This document shows, in pieces, positions 39,667 to 52,888 of a stretch of 64,000 nt of DNA (its first letter is position 1; each line of letters begins with the position of its first letter). This DNA comes from Heptranchias perlo (taxonomy: Eukaryota). The notes under the pieces were generated by a model. It was not told the DNA's origin. It ran no database searches and saw only the letters and a program-made list of their open reading frames with translations. A program made the position numbers and the translations under genes. The stretch is from contig NC_090340.1 in NCBI RefSeq assembly GCF_035084215.1, positions 34,348,001 to 34,412,000 of the forward strand, in the 5' to 3' direction.

Positions 39667-42411
39667 GAAAGAGAGGTGGGTAATAAAAGCTCCTGCTTTT
39701 TGTATGATGTTGTGTATGACAAATACTACCAGTCACTGAAAACGTCGTTCAAGCCCTGAAGCTACTGACTTCAACCAGAGCATCAGGCACAACACAGAGT
39801 GGTAGGGAGGTACTGAAATGAGACATTTTTGAGTCACTTTTCAAAAACCCCAGCCGCTCATGAAAATGTGAGCAAACACCCACCAACCTTCCTATCCACA
39901 GTGACCAGCTCAGGAGGATGTGACGAGGAGAAAAATTGTAAATAAAAGTTTTCTAATTCCCGGCAGAAAACCCCAATAGTTCACATGGTAAAATAGCTTT
40001 ATCACTGTATTTTTGCTGTAGATACATTAACAAAATATATAATTACCCAATCTACAAAAATAATTTTTGATATTTGGATGGAATGTTCATGTTTGGGCAA
40101 ATGGTAAATCATATAAAGAATTAAATGTTGACATTTTTATGGTTTTATTCCTTCACTGTTGAGATTATAATAAAGTGCTGCAGGAAGAAACTAATTAAAT
40201 TCAAGTTCCCAAACATTGTTAACCATTCCAAAAAGCTGATCAGACCATTGGGAAACTCCCCTCCTGATAGTGACCTGCACTACTTCTCCTTAATCAATAG
40301 AGGGCAATGTTTCACTAAAAGCTGCAACACTAGGGACCTGTCCAAATACTCTGGTAACCATGGTAGCATGGGATGTTTGTACATGTAAACAAGATCAGTG
40401 CTCCAGAACACCAGGGCAAGTCCCATATGGCCTACACACCCTGTAATTCAGTAACATTTGTTAATGCTATATTTCATACGTTTTGCTAGAAATCAAAACT
40501 ACTCATAACATTCCCAGTGCTCAAAACTGTAATTTAAATTATAAATGTGTTACATTGTCTACAGTTATTTTAAATACCTTGAATTTGGCAGCTGAGAATA
40601 TTCTGTCACTGTGTTTTAAAGTCCAAACTATTTATAGGACGAGAGGGTGATTTGAAAGTATGCAACTCTTGACTTCAGTAAACACTTTGCATGTGGGAAA
40701 TTGGAATGCACTTTTGGATGTGCTAGGTCAGTAAGGCTAGCTGCTTGTCCCTGTTTGTCTCCACATACACAGAGGGAGGAGAACGGTGGCAGGGAGATTA
40801 AACAGAAAATGCTGGAAACACTCAGCAGGTCAGGCAGCATCTGTGTAGAGGGAAACATAGGGTTAATATTTCTTGGCTCTACAACAGTTCAATATTAAGT
40901 TGTGGATGAGCCAAAACATCTCTAGCTTAACATTGCCAAAACAAACGTAAACTATCCTACTGGTCTTCCACCGGAAACATCAGCTTCACTTCAAATTGCT
41001 TGTTATTGGGAGGAGAAGGAGTTTCTGGACCCCTGTGTACATTCAGTTCGCATTCACTGATTCTCAATGTTTAGTTTGCATCTGCAACAAACCCAAGTTG
41101 ATCCCAATTAACTTGGTCAATCTCAACAGGTCTTTGGTGTTCCTTTGTATAATTTTAAAAAAAATTTCTTAAACCTCAACTTTAACTGAACACATTTCAC
41201 AGTGTCTACAGAAATGAAACAGGAAAAATTATGCTTATAGAAGAGAACTTTTTTTTTGCTGTAAAGATACCAGCAAAGAAAATTTAATTTATCATCAGTT
41301 TAATACGGCTTATTCTGCAGACCTTCGACTCCATTTAGCTGAATAGGAAGTTGTGTTTTGGTTCACATTGTTTTCAATGAGGAAGTTAATGGGTGTGTCA
41401 CAAAGAAACATTTCAGAGGGTTATGATGTAATGACATTTCACAAGGGTTGTGAGTAATACAATTAAGGATCAAACCAGAATGTTTGGGAAATTGTTTGAG
41501 AGCAAAACACCTTTTTAATACATGGGATCACATTCATGCAGAGAAACACGAGCTGCTAAACTCAAATGTCTGACTTCTCTACCTTCTTTGTGTTGTGTAC
41601 TCTGATCCCCCACTACCACTGTAATATATACAACATTGTTACTAAAAATGTAAGTGATATACAAAACTTACTGCACTTACAATATTTTCAGCTGTTAAAA
41701 ATGCACACTCAGCTAATTTGATGAACAAATGAGTACATTTTGTACAAGTCGTTGAAGAGCAAATGTACAGTAGAAATGAAATTGTAAATAACAAGAGAAT
41801 AAATCTATTGCAAGGCCACCACAGCAAAACTCATAGAGGAATTGTAATGGCCCTTCCATTTTGTTCTGGATTTAACCATCAGGTGATGCACAGACTGATG
41901 AGTAGGGTTTTGCAGTTGTCAATGCATTAATGGTACAATTCCTACACAAACCAGCACTGAGAAATGCAATGTATCATGTCCAAATGTGTACATTTTGAAG
42001 ACTATAAGTTACAAATTCGTCTCTAACACGGTTTGACACGATGTACAGACGATGGTATTAGCTGTTAGCTAAAGCAGATACAGTTTTAGCTGTTTAATAT
42101 CGTCATCAGATGTCACCTGGCAAGGACTGGTTTCTGTGCGGAAATGTTTTTGGATGCCAACATTAACCATAATACAGAGCCTCCTAGAACTGAAAGACAC
42201 TGTTCTATTACATTTGTAACTGCACTAAATAGACTTTTTGTTAGAATTGCAGCACAAAAAGAACAATTCTTTACCCCCCCCAACCCAAAATTAGTAGCAA
42301 CACAGATTCCTGCTCCATTGCTCAGCATTTGGACGCATACACAATGATGGATTAAGGTAGTGATTTACCAACACTGTTTGCAATCAATGCTTCCTGGTGC
42401 TTCAGGTACCA

Positions 42412-43249
42412 GGGCATGATTTTATCTCGGAACCAGTTACCCCGGAGATATTCGCGTGGGGAACCCGGAAACCAATTGAGTGCGTCGCAATCTGCAATCG
42501 CAACTCGATTGAAGGTGAGTATTTGTGCTCACGAGTTTCCCACGCGCCAGACAGCCTGATTGACAGGCTGGTTGCCTGTCAGAAGGGAAAGGAGTGGCGA
42601 ATCAGAGAGGAGAGCGGGAGGGAGAGAGATTGTGGGACCTGGAAAAAATTGGAGGGCAGGGGGCTGGGGTGGGGGGAAGTGGGGGGACGTGGAGGACATC
42701 GGGGGTCCAGCCAGCATCGGCATGGGGGGGGGGGGGTCTGGCCAGCATGGGGACCGGGGGAGTGGGGAGGGTCCAGCATCTGGATCGAGGGGGGTGTCCA
42801 GCATCAAGGGAGTACAAGATCAGGGATCAGGGGGGTCCAGAGGATTGGGGGGGAGGTCTAGCATTGGGAGGGTGGGTGAAGCATTCCTGCTCCTCCGAGC
42901 CCACAAGCAGTGCAATAAAGGCACTCACCTCATGGATCTGGCCCTTCCTGTCTGCTTTCACCTGATGTGAATCAGAAGCAGTGGGAAACCCAAACAGGTA
43001 AGGTACACAAAGAATTAAGTACCTCCCAAGTATTTCAATGAGGTACATTACCCTTTTGACTATCGGCCTGCTGGCTTTAAGTGGGGGCGGGACTTCCTGG
43101 TGTCTTTTGTGCACACCATACAAACCTGCCTGGGTCAAACCTGGAAGTGGGCGCGATGGAGCCAGGATGTGGTTCCGCTCCAAAAAGCTGTTATTTTAAC
43201 CTGCCTCCCGTTCCCAACCCACCCATTCTTGGGGGTTAAAATTACTCCC
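42412..43249. mobile_element. Harbinger-type MITE with G-rich core
   Basis: TIRs gggcatgatttt / aaaattactccc; shares cctgattgacaggctgg and gaagca.tcctgctcctcc..gcccacaagc with 45062-45997 and 59590-60654. Confidence 0.75.
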
Positions 43250-43499
43250 ATGTGTGCATGACTGAAATTCCATGTGTATATGGGCAAGCATGCCGTTATA
43301 ACTTGTGCACATACTAAAAGAGTTTTTATCTGCGATTGTACACTGGATTGTGGTAGAGGTGACCGCACTGACAAGAAATGCAGTGATTTGCTTCTACCCA
43401 AAATTACATTATTGAGAAAAGACAAATGATATTGGACTGAAGGCAAAACAACATACAAAGGGGCTGATATTCATCTCCATTATGCCCCAAATTGTGCAC

Positions 43500-44650
43500 A
43501 GATGGGGCGTAATGGAGGGCTACATTCGCAGAGAAACGTTCCGCCTGATGTCCACCTATTTTCAGCCTAATCGGATTTCTCGGTTGGGTCTGGGGCTGGC
43601 TTGCAATGCTCTGTTCTGAAACAGGTGAGAGCTTCATCAGCATAGACAAAAGGAGGCAGGAACGTTCTTCATGTAATTTCCTGACACGTAGTCATGTAGG
43701 ACACCAAATGTAACTCACACTGAGGAAACTTGGTAACCACAGTTGCAAGGGACTGGCAGCTCAGATGGGTGTTCATATTGATGCCACTGAATGGAGGGAT
43801 AAGTGTTTCTGGGCCATTTATAAGCCATTTTGTTAATTTTTTTTCTGCTGGCACTTAGGCTCCATTTGTTCATTATTTTGCCCCCAGCACCATTACTAGC
43901 TCCAAAAGATGTCGCAATGGGAATCCTCCAAGATGACGTGTTTCGACAAAGAGGTTGACCTATGAAAGGATGCCAGATAGGTCAGCCTGCCTGCATTCAC
44001 AGACAAAGGTGAAATCACTTCACATTGATAGATGTACTGCTGGTGAATGAAGGCTGCTCGCCCCAAAGGAAGCTGGGAGAGTGCAACACTGATGGTGTTG
44101 CTGAGATTTGTGAATTCGTCTAAGATATGTGATTGTCTGACTAACCATTATGCTGGATAGTTCCTGAGAAGCATTCCAATCACAACATATCATGCTTTAG
44201 GCAGTACTGTATGAAAGAAGACATGCCAGGGTGATCAAGAGCCAGTGTTACCTGATTGTCTAAACCTGCAAAGATGCCACCAACTATTTTTGCAGGTCCT
44301 GGGTACATCTACCTGCCAATGATCATGGGGACCAATTTTCTGAGGGCCTGCCGCAGCAGAGAGGCAGATGCAGTGCTGTGCCATCTGCTGCAAGTGGTCC
44401 TGGGGCTATCATGCAACATAGAACTGACACATGCAGGAACAGTCATGATCAGCTGTGGCCTGAAACTTGACTCTACCTCCTTGAAGGCACACTGCAATGC
44501 TGACCTGTGGAGATGGTATTGTAAACTGCTAGAGGGCTACTCTCCTTGCAAGCATGTCATGCAATGTCATTCGACTTCAGCAGTCATTAATCAGGGGGTC
44601 GGATGCTCGGCTGATCCATCACTTGTCTGCAGACTCCTGCCTCATTTAGG
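43500..44650 (-). pseudogene. Highly decayed Harbinger-like transposase remnant
   Basis: SGINMNTHLSCQSLATVVTKFP..SY loosely resembles SINVQLVC..NVVAKFPGS.HDSY; CAFKEVES resembles the N-terminal RF.KE segment. Confidence 0.35.
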
Positions 44651-44942
44651 ATTTCCCTCTCCATTTTTGCCTGCCACTTTTTAATCCTACTTCAGCCTTA
44701 GGAAAGTTGGCTAATCTGTTGAGAATTTTTGTCCCCTTGTTGTGACACTCACCTTTCATTGGCCCCATCTCTTTAAATTTCACTCACATGCAATTTTCCT
44801 CTCCCACCAGTAGTGTGCTTCCTGGACCCATCTGCATCTACTCCTGGTGCTGTGCATATAATGCAAATGAGTTACAGAGAATTGAATTCTACTAGCACTT
44901 GATCTTTTTTAGATGGGATTTGCACCTGTTCTTAAACATTTA

Positions 44943-46020
44943 GGGGGTAAATTTTCATGGGAGGTCTCCTGCTCATCCGCTGTAACTTCCGTGGAAGAGC
45001 CACGCAAATCCCGATAACGCCATTTTTCTGGGATTTCTGCAGCTCTTCCGCCAAAGTTATGGGGCTCAATTTTAAAACCGAGCCTGGAAGGGGGCGAGGG
45101 GGTCAAATTGAGTCAGGAAACCCATTAGTACGGGTTTCCCGGACGTCCTTACGATTTTGACGTAAGGGCATCTTTTTTTTTGTTGGTTTCCCGTCCGACT
45201 GACTGGCCTGATTGACAGGCTGGTCTCAGTTGGACGGGAGACCAGCCAGGGTGAGGACATATTCAGGTAAGCCTGCAGGTAAATCTTTGTTTGTATGGAT
45301 GAGGGTTGGGGGCATTGATTGGCATGGGTGGGCATTGGTTGGCATGGGTGGGTGTTGGTTGGCATGGGTGGGCATTTGGCACGGGAGTCCTGGCTCATGG
45401 GGGATGGGATCGGAGGTCTGTCACGGGGTGGGGGTCGGGATTGGGGGTTATCGTGGGGGTCCGTGATCGTTGAGGGGGAGGATCAGGGGTCGGAGGAGGA
45501 GGCTCAGGGTCGGAGGGGGAGGAGCGGGGTCGGGGGGGTTCGTGATCGGGAGGGTCGGGTGTCAGCGATCGGGGGTGGGTGTCCGCGATCGGGGGTCGGA
45601 TGTCCGCGATCATTGTGGGGGTCGGTGCAGGTAGGCTTGTTGAGCCTGGGGGAAGCACTCCTGCTCCTCCGGGCCCACAAGCTGTGCCATCTAGGCACCT
45701 ACCTGTTACTCTCAGGCCTTCTCACCTTCTTTCATGAGGGGTAAAACAGAAGGCCCGGGAATCCCAGCCCCCCAGGTATGAAATCGGAAATTCGAGAAAA
45801 ATGGAGGCCTGAAGCTTCCTTGAAAGGTTTTAAGGCCCCACCCACCTCCTGGGAGCGAGTTGGTCGCCCGCCCCTTTTCCCGCCCCAGTGAAAACCGGAA
45901 ATGGGTGGGTTGGGGGCGGGTCTGAAATGGTGGCAATTTTCATTGCCCCCCACAACTGCCCCCAACCCACCTGTTTTTTACTTTGAAAATTGAGCTTATG
46001 CTGGGGTGGAAATTTTCACA
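44943..46020. mobile_element. Short hairpin MITE (about 140 bp) split by the 45062-45997 insertion
   Basis: ggggtaaatttt start; internal inverted repeat taactt..ggaagagc..aaatccc / gggattt..gctcttcc..aagtta; gaaattttcac end. Confidence 0.55.
45062..45997. mobile_element. Harbinger-type MITE with G-rich tandem core
   Basis: TIRs gggctcaatttt / aaaattgagctt; 3-bp TSD ATG; near-collinear with 59590-60654. Confidence 0.85.
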
Positions 46021-47749
46021 ATAGTTTTACTAGATCAGAAATTCTTTCCCACAGCAGAGTTTCATCCCCTGGAGCAGCAGCATCAACAGCATCATCAGCA
46101 TCATCATCAGAGAGGAGCTGGGAACAGCAGTGATTTCATACGAGATGAATTCCTGTTTCCAGACTGCAGGAATTACTAAGCATAGGCAAGAGATTTCCCC
46201 AGACAGGTGGGTGTATGAATGGGGGGGGGAGAAAACAGCAAGCAAAGCAATCTATGTCATTCTTTTGCATAAAGCAGTTGGGAGGGTAGAACTGAGGGAG
46301 GTACCAGCAGGAACTGAGCAGTGAGGGGGAGGAAATGCCACCATGAACTAAAGAAGGATGGTACCTGTATGAACTGAGGAAATGGGGAGCAGAGAACCAG
46401 CCCGAACTGAGGGAAGAGGTGGAATAGCGGCAGCATGAAGTGAGTGGGAAGGAGAGAAGAGTGTGAAAAATGCCATTGTGCCAGCTTGAACTGAGAGGGG
46501 AGAGTTAGAAGAGTGCTGGCATGATCTACAGGGAGGAGGACTGCCACCACACCACTGTGACAACCGTCTAAACAATCGATACAGCGACAGAGAATATCAA
46601 TTACCCCAATTTCTCCACAAACAGATTAGGGAAGATCATAGCAATTCCTGCCACAATCTTTCATTATTCAATTGATAGAATATTGTGACAAGTTCATGCC
46701 CCACTGCACTTTCAGAGTAACTACTTCCTTCTGAGCCTGCCCCCAAGGTCTCGAGCTCTATTTCGCTCCTTGCTTCCCTCGCCTGCTCTAAGTGCTCCAG
46801 CTCCAGCTTTAAGTCTTCCCTCCACTGAAGTCTGTCCCAGTGCTTCAGCTCTAGACTGAGGTCAAAAGTTTTAATAGGTTGAAAGGTTTGATCAACTTCA
46901 AGACCAGGAGATGAATTGATTTGCCGAGCACTGTTCCTAAGCATTATAGTGGAAAAGCAGCATAATTAGTGCTCTGGAAATCAGCTGATCTTCTGGTTCA
47001 GATACTAACTGAATCTGTAGACACTCCTAAAACTCACACTACAGCAGTCCCACTATGTCCTCAACTAAAACGCCAGAAATGCTTCCTGGACCCTCAACTG
47101 TAAATAGATTAATGCCACAAAAGCTGCCCCTTCCTTCCATATTTGACCTTAGGCCTTAACCTACTCCCTTCCTACTTCAGCATTCTGCCTGGGAACTTGC
47201 TCTACTCTCTCTCCATTCCAACTTTGGGCCCTGCTGCACATTCTCTTTGCACCAGCTTTGAGCCTCAAGCCCTGCTGCATTTCCTGCTGCTGATTCCAGG
47301 CTCTAAGCCCAGCCTGCTATATTTCCAAACAATAATATTTTGGCTCTTATTTTACCCCAGCCTTTAAAAAGGCAAAAATTCAGTGAATCGGTAAAGAAAC
47401 ATCTATAGAATCCATAAGGACAATGAGAGACATACAAAAGAGAGCAGAGACAGAGGGAAAGACAGACTTACAGAAAGTGAGAAAAAATGTTGGAATCAGA
47501 CAGGCAGGGAGATGACAATGAAAGTATGTGGCAGCCATACAGAAAAGGAGCCACATTTAAACAGAGAGAATGCATTTTAGACACTTACAGGGAACAAAAA
47601 TATTTTTTGCCTGTGAGCAACACCACAGAAGATGATCTAGTTGGGATTTGAAATCCAAATATTACAATTGGTCTAGAGATGGGACCATCAACCAGGATTC
47701 CTGCTTCTAATCTCTATCAAGTGAGTTATTTTGGTCACCTGTCCTAATA

Positions 47750-47868
47750 TCTCCTTATGGGACTCGTTGTCAAATTTTGTCTGATAACGCTCCTGTGAAG
47801 CACCTTGGGATGTTTTATTACATTAAATGCTCTATATAAGTGCATGTTGTTGTTGTTGTTGTTGTTGT
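47750..47868 (-). mobile_element. SINE/L2-type 3' tail with (TTG)n microsatellite
   Basis: gataacgctcctgtgaagcaccttgggatg..tatataagtgca followed by a ttg repeat; orientation uncertain. Confidence 0.5.
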
Positions 47869-48649
47869 GTGCACATGGATGAAGTCAACATCTCATTTAG
47901 CTGTGCTGCTCCCTCACTGTCAAGTAGCCTGTCAAAAACCTATACATGAAGAATAGTCATTTAAATGAGGTATTGGAGAACTGCCGGAACCATAGAACTT
48001 AACATTGGTCAGCACGTTGAGGAGAGGAGGAACATTAAACCGAGAAACTGGGCAAACTGAAGATAGCAAAATAATGTTCTAAGATCTTACAGGGCGTTAC
48101 GCTCGATTCTTTAAAAATGCACCAAAATGCAGCTTTGAGAACAATAAGTGACAAGGGTGTTCGGAAGTTACCTGTTTAAATGAATAGAACCTGATTGCAA
48201 ATAATAGTGTCAACTATTCTGACATTGGCAGGTTCCCAGCTGAGTTTAATTTTTATTGCAAACAATAAATTAACATAGTATAAAATGTGACAACCTTTGT
48301 TGAGTTGCTGAAATCAGAGTAATTGTTCTGTACCACTCCATCTTTATCTCAACAACTTGCACAAGCAGCATCTGCTTAGCTCTGGTAGGAGATTGTGCCT
48401 TGACAGCTGTAAATGCTGATGTAACTTGTTCAAGCTATGTTAATTCTGTATGTACACTACATAAACTGCACCTCAGAGAATGTTTGCGTTTTGTGGACCA
48501 TGGCACCACTTTGGCTATGAAAAAAATGAGAATGATTACAGCACCAATGCACTGACTTCATTGGAAATAACAATCTGGAGAGATGTAAAGCATACTGCCG
48601 ATTCACTATCACCCGTTTTGCACTATCGCACAAACTCAAAATGACCCCC

Positions 48650-49137
48650 AACTACTTTAATGCTCATCTGCTGGCCTCCCATCCTCCATAAACTCCAACA
48701 TGTCTAAAACTCTGCCCCATATATACTGTGCCACTTGCCGATCACCCCAACCTCACTGAGCTGCACTGGCTGCCCATCCTCCAATGCATTAAATTTAAAA
48801 TCCTTATCTTGTCTATAAATCTCTCCATGTTCTTTCCTCACTCTATCTCTGAAATTTTGTCCAGCACATTCCGAATGGTCTGTTCCTCTGATTCTGGCCT
48901 TTTGTGCATCTCCTGGGCCCTTTGCCACACCACTGATGGCACAGGTTTCAACTGCCTCAGTCCTACTTTCTGAAGCTGCCTTCCCTAAAGCTCTCCATCT
49001 TTAAAAAATCTTCCCTAAACCCATCTCTTCAACCAAGCTTTCAATCACCCCTCCTAACCTATCTCTTCCATGCTCAGCATTCATTTCCTTGGGACATTTC
49101 TTTACATTAAAGGTGATACATAAATGCAAATTGTTGT
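48650..49137 (+). mobile_element. L2 LINE 3' fragment
   Basis: ORF 48728-48973 HPNLTELHWLPILQCIKFKILIL is the typical L2 C-terminal LHWLP..RI.FK motif. Confidence 0.8.
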
Positions 49138-49624
49138 CATAATATTCGGAAATCACAGATAAGCTTTGCAGATGTTATGGGTAGAAGTTACAGTGGATTT
49201 TGAAAGTTACCAATTCAATACTTAGTGTTATTGGCTAGAAACTTTATTAAATTATGCTTGATGTATTTGTTTAAATACATATACAGAAAAGATTCTACAA
49301 TCCCACTGCATTCTAATGAATGCATCACTAATTCAGGCAGGAGTACAGTATTAAATACAACAGAGTTATTTTTATGTCTATTAAGTTTACTGTGCAATGC
49401 ATTGGGATAAGAAAATCCTCCATTTATCTATCTTTTAATTTACAATTCCTTAGAGATTTGCAAAGATCACCCACCAAACAATGAGTCATAAAATGCTGTA
49501 GGAGAGTGAACTGGCATTTTGCCTCACTAACAAGACTCTGATCTTGCCAATAAAAATATATTAAATATTTGGCTGGGACAAATCAACAGGAAATAACCCA
49601 GGGAAAACATATCCTATAAAAGGC

Positions 49625-51015
49625 AAGCATGGCCAGGACCCATGAGGGTTCCCATAGTGACACCTTTTATTTGGAGGAAGTAAGTGGAATTAAATGAAAA
49701 GTTTTATAAGAAATAGGAGCAGGAGTAGGCCATACGGCCCCTCGAACCTACTCCGCCATTCAGTAAGATCATGGCTGAAAAGTTGATCAATGTGAGAATC
49801 AGTTCAGCCAGGCAGAGGGGGACAATGATGGGATCCCCTCATATTCCATCCCACCAGCCTCTGCATTTGACATATCATCCTCTGCCATTTTACACCGCCT
49901 CCAACACAATCCTACCACCAAACAAATCTTCTACCCTTTCAGCGTTCAGAAGGGAGTATTCCCTCCATGACACCCTCATCCACTCCTCCATCTCCCCTAA
50001 CACTTGCTATCCTTTCCTGACACCTTCCCATGCAAGTGCAGGAGATGTAACAACTGCCCTTTCACCTCCTCCCTTGCCACCGTCCAGGGTCCCAAACAAT
50101 ACTACCAGGTGAAACAGTAATTTACTTGTACTTCTTCCAACCTAGTATACTGGATTGACTGTTCACAATGTGGTCTCCTCTGCATCGAGAGACCAAATGC
50201 AGATTGGGTAATCACTTTGCTGAACACCTCCATTCCACCCATAAGTGCAACCCTAAGCTTCCAATCGCTTGCCTCTTGAATTCTCCATCCCTCTCCACTC
50301 TGACCTCTCTGTCCTTGGCCTCTTACACTGTTCCAATGAAACTCAATACAAGCTCGAGGAACAGTATCTTTCTACCAGGTACTTTACATCCCTCTGGCCA
50401 TAACGTTGACTTTAACAACCTTAGACCTTAACCACAGCTCCCATTTTATCTCAGACAGCAGGTGCTGGTAATGTAGGATAGGTGTACCAGCGATTCCAGG
50501 TATGGGGGAGTTTGTGAGTTGGTGCATGGGATTGGGATCCCTTATCAATACCCGACCAGCAAGGTGGTCTGCACCCCTAGTGTCACCTCTCTTTTTCTTC
50601 CAACATCCTCCCGGGCTACTGGAGCCTTCTCCGCTTTGCCATATTTTCCGTGCTTCCCTCCCCTTCCGATATTCTGCTGTAACCACTTACACATCCTTTG
50701 GGTCACAGATACATGATTAATTTCTCACACTCTTGCCTCCTTTTGTCACATCATTGTCACTTCTGTCAATTAAACATCTCGTCCTCCACCTAATCGCAGA
50801 CCATCCTTTTATTTTCTCCCCACTCCCATTTCCTTGACTCTTTTCCTCTTTATAAGTTGTTCATCTATAACATCTCCTGGTTCTGATGAAAGGTCATTGA
50901 CCTGAAAGGTTAAGCCTACCTTCATCTCTCTCCACAGATGCTGCCTGACCTGATGAGTGTTTCCAGCATTTTCTGTTTTTATTTCAGATTTCCAGCATCT
51001 GTTATATTTTGCTTT
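49625..51015 (+). mobile_element. Rearranged PLE: inverted RT fragment (49625-49820, -) plus GIY-YIG/3' end (+), with a nested CR1 tail at about 49707-49777
   Basis: CKCRRCN.CPFT, FTCTSSNLVY, ETKCRLGNHFAEHL, KLEEQ; the reverse piece reads GVTMGTLMGPGHA; decayed hammerhead at 50879-50915. Confidence 0.75.
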
Positions 51016-52763
51016 TTGTTTCTGTTTGCAAGCTCAGTGCTCTAAGTTATGTTTGAACTTGGTTTCCTGCCTAAATATCATCCAAAACATCAGCAAATGA
51101 TGATTTGTTTCAGTATACAAGCTTTGAAGAGAAAAATGGAAAGATACTGAAACACGTTTAATCTTTCACGTGTCACAGAAATATGCGGAGTCCGAAGTAT
51201 TTAAGGACATTCTTAGCTTGAGCAGTATCAAATGGAGTAATGAAATCCATCTGTTAAAGGGATAGCTTGTCAGGTTCCAGCTGTACAGAGTGGATAAGGA
51301 GGGCTACACATTTTTTTGTACAAGCACATTGTCAAGAATGTTTTCATATGCAGGCAGTATTATTTTTAAGGCAGTGCAAGCCAATTGGTTCTGCTCATGA
51401 CCACCAAAGTGTCAAACAATTGAATAGGTTATAGTCTATAACAAAATGATATCTTCAAGAAAATGGATTCTGTGTTTAATGATCCTTTCAACAATTGTAC
51501 AGTGCCCTCATATATTTTACTATCCCATCCCCATTTAATCACTGTAATCCACTGCTGCATTCATATCCTCCCTGTGCCCCACTGGTATGCAGCATTGCAT
51601 GTTGGTGCTGAAAAGCTCTACTCCACTATTCCTAATCCCAAGGGTTTTTGAGGCTAAGAATCCCTTTATTCGCAGCCTGTACCAATATTGCTCTAAAGCC
51701 AACTGCACAAAGGAATGCTAAAGCAGCCCATTGTGAGTCCCCCCAACAATTTTTCTCTTTCCATGTGGAGAAGCCTCTAGCTTCCATTTGGTGTCTCCCA
51801 CAGTGGCATGGCTAAGATTAGTAAATTATTAGCTTGTATAGCACTGAGAGCACTGGCCCATGACTTGCTGCCATTGTATGTTGATGTACCAGCATGCTGT
51901 GTGACTATGCACACAGGTGTACTTTATGTAAAATAATGTCAGTACAGCTTGATGTCTGCACTTGCTTCATATTGTAGTGGTGCCCCATTCTCATATCTGA
52001 AGAGGTTGATTCTTTCAAGAGAAATATTAAGGAGTTTTGATGGATTTTTTAAAAAATTATTATTCAATGTACCATTTCACATTTGCAATTTTTTGATATG
52101 CAAATATTGATGGCAGCAATGCAAAGAAGCAAGATGAAGTTCAATAGCTCTGGAGGTGTAATATGGATTTGTAATGCTTAATCAGAAAAATAAATGCATC
52201 ACAATGACCACATAAACTGGCTTATACAGTAAGACAGTCACAATTTGTGACAGGGATGGGTGTGTTGACTCCCATTGGGATGGGATTGGTTGGCATTATG
52301 AGCCACTTACCATTTTTCTCTCTCACCCCCACAAAGCAATATTTTGGAAATAAGATCAATAAAGGGCTCATAGTTTTAACAATGTTAAAAAGGAACAACA
52401 AGACACACGTCCATAAAATATTCAAGGAATGGGTAGGTTAGAATGGTCAAGAATTATCACACCTCCTGTGCCTTGGGTTCATGTCACGCTACACGTAACC
52501 CCACCAGCGAAAAAAAGTTATCTGTTTTTAACACAACGGGTCATTCTCTGTCTTTCTCTTCCTTTCGGATGTTTCTCTCTCTCTCTCTCTGTTTGTCTTT
52601 TTTGTTCTGGCCGTTTGTGTATTTGGTGGTCCTGTAGGTAACATCACTCTGTCTGAACACTTTGATTGCCTTGACAACGGGCAGTTGGAAAGATTATCTG
52701 TAATCACCAGGTATTGTTCTCTGACTATAAATGCGGTAACCTTCCATGGAATCCCACACTTGC

Positions 52764-52800
52764 TCACCTGACGAAGGAGAAAGCCTCCGAAAGCTTGTGA
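52764..52800 (+). ncRNA. Minimal hammerhead ribozyme motif in 5' pLTR
   Basis: tcac-CTGACGA-a-ggag(aaagc)ctcc-GAAA-gc-TT-gtga. Confidence 0.75.
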
Positions 52801-52888
52801 TTTTCAAATAAAACAGTTGGACTATAACCTGGTGTTGTAAGATTCCTTACATTTGTCAACCCCAGTCCATCACCGGCATCTCCACATC

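Noticed and set aside
46636-46944. Minus ORF with a charged heptad stretch (LKLELEHLEQAREARSEIELE) resembling a Gypsy gag N-terminus
   Set aside because: No LTRs, PBS or pol remnants recognised; too weak to call.
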